Positions 56,767 to 64,000 of a stretch of DNA of 64,000 nt are shown here, piece by piece (positions within the stretch are counted from its first letter, which is position 1; every line of letters begins with the position of its first letter). The position numbers were made by a program, and so were the translations under genes. A model generated the notes under the pieces. That model was given only the letters and a program-made list of their open reading frames with translations. It had not been told where the DNA came from and did no database searches. Source of the DNA: an uncultured delta proteobacterium (GTDB taxonomy: Bacteria; Myxococcota_A; Polyangia; Haliangiales; Haliangiaceae); NCBI GenBank assembly GCA_963743525.1, contig CAVUQH010000004.1, positions 640,001-704,000 on the forward strand, in the 5' to 3' direction.

Positions 56767-57244
56767 TTGGACGTTTCGATCGAAAAGCGCAGGTGGGACG
56801 CGGGGTTTTTGGGGCCGTGCGTGTCCCCGGTAAGTGGTGGTGTTGGCGGGCTTCCCACAGTTGGGCTTCGACCACGTAGTAGTCGGTGGCCAGCGCGTCG
56901 GAGGCTGGTGCCATGCCGGTGTTGACCCGTTTGGCGACGGCGGCGGCGAGGGCCTTCATCCGCTCGGTGTGATCGTGCAGCGCGTGGGCCAGGGCTTTGC
57001 CGCGCAGGCCCTGGTCGCGCTCGGCGTCGAGCCAGCGGACCGACCAGACGTAGGCCCGGTCAACCGAGCCGCGGCCGCCCTGCATCGCCGCGCTGGTGGC
57101 GGCGTAGACCTTGGCCGCCGCAGCGACCCGCGCCTTGGCCAGCTGGGCCGCGGTCTGCGGGGTGTCGGCCCGAGCGGCTCCCGCCGCGATGCCGAGAAAG
57201 GACGAAACCACCAGGACCACCATCACCGAACGCATGCGAGTCAT
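56708..57244 (-). CDS. secreted helical hypothetical protein; the natural end is probably near 56832
   Basis: Signal peptide (ARA|D) and Ala-rich helices. The ORF reads through repeat copy 3 after WEARQHHH. Confidence 0.7.
   Translation of the reverse strand: MTRMRSVMVVLVVSSFLGIAAGAARADTPQTAAQLAKARVAAAAKVYAATSAAMQGGRGSVDRAYVWSVRWLDAERDQGLRGKALAHALHDHTERMKALAAAVAKRVNTGMAPASDALATDYYVVEAQLWEARQHHHLPGTRTAPKTPRPTCAFRSKRPIIRSRRPGRPALRWARRGG
56764..56828 (-). repeat. 65-bp repeat, copy 3 (inverted)
   Basis: Reverse complement GGGGACACGCACGGCCCCAAAAACCCCGCGTCCCACCTGCGCTTTTCGATCGAAACGTCCAATCA. Confidence 0.92.
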
Positions 57245-57289
57245 AGACCTCATCGTGCCAGCAATCGGCTCGGGCGCCAGGCCGACGCC

Positions 57290-57339
57290 TGTTGGCCGCG
57301 GCCAACAACGAGACTCGGGCCTGTTGGCGAGGCCCAACA
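57290..57339. promoter_or_regulatory. tandem palindromic operator/enhancer pair 2
   Basis: TGTTGG-CCGCGG-CCAACA (57290) and TGTTGG-CGAGGC-CCAACA (57322). Confidence 0.78.
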
Positions 57340-58710
57340 GCAGAGCGCCTGGATCGGCCCGGGCAGCGGCACGGTCGCTCTGACGCCCGGCCCGTGGTTT
57401 GTATTCACAGCCGCCCGTGAACGGTAGACTGCCAGGAGCCATGCCCAGCGAGCCGCGAACCGAGGCCCACGCCCGCCGCCCGCGCACGGTCAGCCGTGTG
57501 CTGCTGCGGGTGGACGAGGGGCCGGATGCCGGCACCGTGTACCGATCGAGCGGCGAGGCGACCATCTCGGTGGGCGCGTCGGCGGACAACCAGCTGGTGC
57601 TGCGCGACCGGGCGGTCAGCCGCTACCACCTGGAGCTGCGCGTGGGCCAGCACGGCATCGTCGTGCAGGACCTGGGCAGCCGCAACGGCAGCTTCGTCGG
57701 CGGGGTGCAGATCGAGCGAGGGGTGGTGCCGCCCAAGACCCGGCTGACCATCGGCCGCACGGTGCTGGTGATCGAGGACGCCGACCGCGTGGCCGCCGAG
57801 GCCCACGGCGAGGTGCCGGCCGTGCCCGGCATCGTGTCGCGCAGCGACGCCATGGCCGAGGTCGCTCGGCTGATCGATCGGCTGGCGCCGGCGCCGTCGT
57901 CGGTGTTGATCCAGGGCGAGACCGGCGTCGGCAAGGAGGTGGTCGCGCAGTCGATTCACGATCACGGCCCGCGCAAGGGCAAGCCGTTCGTGGTCGTCGA
58001 CTGCGGCTCGCTGCCGCCGACGCTGGTCGCGTCGCAGCTGTTCGGCTACGAAAAGGGCGCCTTCACCGGCGCCGAGCAGCGCCGGGTCGGCGCCTTCGAG
58101 CAGGCCGACGGCGGCACCGTGCTGCTCGACGAGATTGGCGAGCTGCCGCTGGAGATCCAGCCGTCGCTGCTCGGCGTGCTCGAGCGGCGCCGCTTCACTC
58201 GCGTCGGCGGCACCAAGGAGATCGAGGTCAACGTCCGCGTCCTGGCCGCGACCAACCGCGACCTCCGCGCCGAGGTCAACCGCGGCAGCTTCCGCGCCGA
58301 CCTGTACTACCGGCTGGCGGTGGCGCGCATCGAGATTCCACCGCTGCGCGAGCGCCCCGACGACATCGACCCGCTGGTGCACCACTTCGTCGAGCAGATC
58401 ACCGGCGTCCCCGGCGACAACCCGTTCTCCGACGAGACCATGGCGGCGCTGCGCGGCCACCCGTGGAGCGGCAACGCGCGCGAGCTGCGCAACGTGGTCG
58501 AAGGCGCGCTGATCGTCGGCCAGCTCGATCTCGAGGGGCGCGCCGCCCAGGCGCTGCCGGCCGAGCCGCAGGAGATCGTCCAGTACCGCAAGGCCCGCGA
58601 GCAGGCGATCGCCGCCTTCGAGTACCGCTACCTGAAGAACCTCATCGAGCAGTGCGAGGGCAACGCGTCCGAGGCGGCGCGCCGGGCCAAGATGGACCGG
58701 CCGTACCTGC

Positions 58711-60234
<1,524 letters not shown>

Positions 60235-60251
60235 CGTCCTTCCTCCCGCCT

Positions 60252-61541
60252 CTACAGGATCAACCGGCCGGTCAGAAAGACCGAGGCGTGGCCGGTGACG
60301 TCGCGCTGGTGGTCGTCGAACAGGTACCAGCCGTAACGCAGGCTGGTGGAGAACATCGGGTAGATCCAGTAGGTGGTGCCGATGTTGAAGTAGTGCTCGG
60401 TCACCGGATTCTGCACGCCCTCGGTCTGGCGGGTCTGCTCGTACTGGATGCCGACGCCGTTGTGGCCCGAGTAGTCGTAGTCGACACCGCCGCCGAAGGT
60501 GTAGACCGAGTAGGTGTCGGGCAGCTTCACCTTGGCGTCCATCGGGTCGAGCATCTCGTTCTCGTTGCGCGAGCCGTTGAGCCACGCCGCGACCTTGGCG
60601 TGCAGCTTGACCCGCACGTTGGCGCGCAGGTTGTAGCCGTAGATCGGCTGGTCGTCGGTGGTCAACATCTGGGTGTCGAGCTGATAGGCCTGCACCGCCG
60701 TCTTGAACTGCACCCGCGAGAACTCGCCGACCATCGACGCGGTGCCGAAGTACATGTGCAGGTTGGTGTCCGGCTGGTTCTGGTCGCTGCGTCCGACCTG
60801 TGCCGCGGCCAGACCGAACGGCCGGGTGAACGGGAACAGCGCGCCGCCGATCTGATACGACCCGGTCAGCCCGGTCGGATTGGTCGAGTGAATGGTCAGG
60901 CCCGCGCGATAGTGACCGCCGAAGTCGTAGGTGGCATTGGCGCCGGTACCGCGGTCACCGCCACTGAAGATGATCGGCCAGCGGGTGTAGAAGTCGAGCA
61001 GCAGCACGTCGGCGACGTGCTCGGAGTAGTAGTCGATGGTGGCGTCGTCGGAGATACGCCCGACCGCGATGGCGAAGCCGTCCTTGTGATAGCGGACGAA
61101 CTGATCGCGCACCGACATCTGTGACTGTCCTTCCCAGACGCTGGCGCCGTAGCCCAGCGAGCCGCCGAGGTCGGCCTCGAACTCGGAGGCGAAGTCGAGG
61201 TGGTCGCCGATGTGACCGCGCACACCCAGGCGCGACACGGCGAGAGTGGGGCTCCGCGACTGGGTGGTCTCACCTTTGCGCAGCATCAGCCGCTCGATGC
61301 GAACGCCGCCGACGATGACCGCGTACGGCGTGAGGACGCGCGCGAGGGCGGTATCTGCGTCCTCGGGCTTGGCTGCAGTCTGGTCAACCGAGCCGGCGTC
61401 GCCCGCGGTCTCGCCGGCGGTGTCCGCGGAAGCGTCGCCGGAGGTCTGGTCCGGTGCTTCGGTCTGCGCATTGGCGACCCGCGCGGAGGCAACGAGCGCG
61501 GTCAAAGCCGCCAGGATGATGAGATGTCGAGGAGAAGTCAT
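60252..61541 (-). CDS. probable outer-membrane beta-barrel (porin-like) protein
   Basis: Signal peptide (ANA|Q), SRLGVRG...FASEFE porin-like N-terminal strands, alternating aromatic beta-strand pattern. Confidence 0.75.
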   Translation of the reverse strand: MTSPRHLIILAALTALVASARVANAQTEAPDQTSGDASADTAGETAGDAGSVDQTAAKPEDADTALARVLTPYAVIVGGVRIERLMLRKGETTQSRSPTLAVSRLGVRGHIGDHLDFASEFEADLGGSLGYGASVWEGQSQMSVRDQFVRYHKDGFAIAVGRISDDATIDYYSEHVADVLLLDFYTRWPIIFSGGDRGTGANATYDFGGHYRAGLTIHSTNPTGLTGSYQIGGALFPFTRPFGLAAAQVGRSDQNQPDTNLHMYFGTASMVGEFSRVQFKTAVQAYQLDTQMLTTDDQPIYGYNLRANVRVKLHAKVAAWLNGSRNENEMLDPMDAKVKLPDTYSVYTFGGGVDYDYSGHNGVGIQYEQTRQTEGVQNPVTEHYFNIGTTYWIYPMFSTSLRYGWYLFDDHQRDVTGHASVFLTGRLIL

Positions 61542-61594
61542 GGAACCCCACTCTCTGCCGCGTGCGGCAGTTGCTACTCGGCCCGATTCGGCCG

Positions 61595-62920
<1,326 letters not shown>

Positions 62921-62956
62921 TTGCTCACCTCTCGTCGCGTGATGGGCGGCCGTGTG

Positions 62957-62972
62957 TGCAGCCGCCGTACCA
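62957..62972 (-). promoter_or_regulatory. sigma54 (-24/-12) promoter for the hydrolase-porin-symporter operon
   Basis: Minus strand TGGTACG-GCGG-CTGCA (GG-N10-GC), 37 bp before ATG 62920. Confidence 0.65.
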
Positions 62973-63021
62973 GTGGGAGGAACCCGCGTCAGGCTGCCTC
63001 GCGGGCGCCCTCGGCCGCGGT

Positions 63022-63072
63022 TGTTGGCGTGCGCCAACAGGTTGCTGCTCACGCCGTTGGCCGGCGCCGACA
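63022..63072. promoter_or_regulatory. tandem palindromic operator/enhancer pair 3
   Basis: TGTTGG-CGTGCG-CCAACA (63022) and CGTTGG-CCGGCG-CCGACA (63055). Confidence 0.75.
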
Positions 63073-64000
63073 GTTCTTCTTGCGCCGCATCGCCAGCAGG
63101 CAGGCCAGCGCCAACAAGATCGGGCCGCCGCCGCCGCCGGCGTTGCAGCGGAAGGTCACGCGGTCACCGGTGGCGCTGCCGCCGCCACTGCCGCCGCCCG
63201 CGTCGCAGCAGCCGCCCGGGCCCGGCGCCGCCGTCGGCGCCATTGCCACCACCGCCACCACCACCGCCACCGCCACCGCCACCGGGGCCGGCGTCGACGT
63301 CGCCGGTCGAGGTCGGGCCTTCCTTGTCGAGGCCGAACAACTCGCCGGCCATCTTGGCGGTGCAGATGCCCTCGTCGATGATGAACGACCCGGCCTGGCC
63401 GCAGCCATCGCCCGGATCGACCGGCTGGCCGTGGCTCATGCTCGGCAGGTAGTAGACCTCGACCCGGGTGTTTCCTTGTGCGTCCTGGTAGCGGTCGCGC
63501 TGGGCGCCGAGGATCGTGGCGCTGTCGTCGGGCGTCTGGTCGATGCCGTTGACGTTGGTCCACTGCTCGACCAGCTCGTTGCGCAGGTCGGGCGCGACCA
63601 TGTAATCGGCGCCGCCCTGCCAGATCGACACCACCGGCCACGGGCCGCTGTAGCCGGGGTCGGCGGCGCGCACCAGGTCGCCCCAGCCCTGCGGCGTGCG
63701 GTTGAGGGGATCGGTCTCCGGGTGCGACTTGGTGCAGTCGGTGCCCTGCTGTGTGGTCGCGCCGGGCACGATGGTGCAGCCGTAGGGAATGCCCGCGACG
63801 ATGGCGCCGCCGGCGAAGACGTCGGGATAGGTCGCCAGCATCACCGCGGTCATGCCGCCGCCGGCCGACACGCCGGTGGCGTAGACGCGGCCGCCGTTGA
63901 CGTCGTAGTTCTGTTCGACGTAGTCGACCATCTGCTTGATCGACAGGTTCTCGGTGTGGCCGCGCAGCAGATCGTCGGTGTGCAGCGCCGCGTTGTACAC
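63049..64000 (-). CDS. PHB-depolymerase-family esterase with Gly linker and MYXO-CTERM-like tail; 5'-truncated by window edge, +1 frameshift near 63216
   Basis: RVYATGVSAGG, ATYPDVFAGGAIVAG.PY, IWQG.AD, EQWTNV, MSHG. The shifted frame ends FRCNAGGGGGPILLALACLLAMRRKK. Confidence 0.88.

Noticed and set aside
55642..56828. CRISPR array or integron attC sites
   Set aside because: The repeats are 65 bp, unevenly spaced and in both orientations. There are no cas or integrase genes and no RYYYAAC/GTTRRRY ends.

Overview
A very GC-rich bacterial chromosomal segment. Gene content (many FHA domains, three FHA-sigma54 activators, PilZ proteins, a MYXO-CTERM-like tail) points to Myxococcota; this is an inference. 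Housekeeping genes include purH-purD-purE-tsaC, lon-dnaK, parA-parB, trpS, folD, psd and glnB-glnA, interleaved with signalling and secreted-protein genes. I saw no rRNA, tRNA, CRISPR array, transposase or integrase. Three signals are not explained by the ORF track. (1) An 18-bp palindrome, TGTTGG-N6-CCAACA, occurs as three tandem pairs (32-33 bp spacing) at 53087/53120, 57290/57322 and 63022/63055, next to sigma54-like promoters. It suggests a local regulon: acyl-CoA ligase + hydrolase, an FHA-sigma54 activator, and lipase-like lipoprotein + porin + Na/solute symporter, downstream of a PHB-depolymerase-like gene. (2) A 65-bp GGGGACA-type repeat at 55642-56858 is present as two direct copies, one inverted copy and one partial copy, bordering diverged duplicated gene fragments. 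(3) An ~86-bp dispersed repeat with a covarying hairpin sits between two pairs of convergent genes. Six genes are each broken by a single +1 insertion, most likely sequencing or assembly error.
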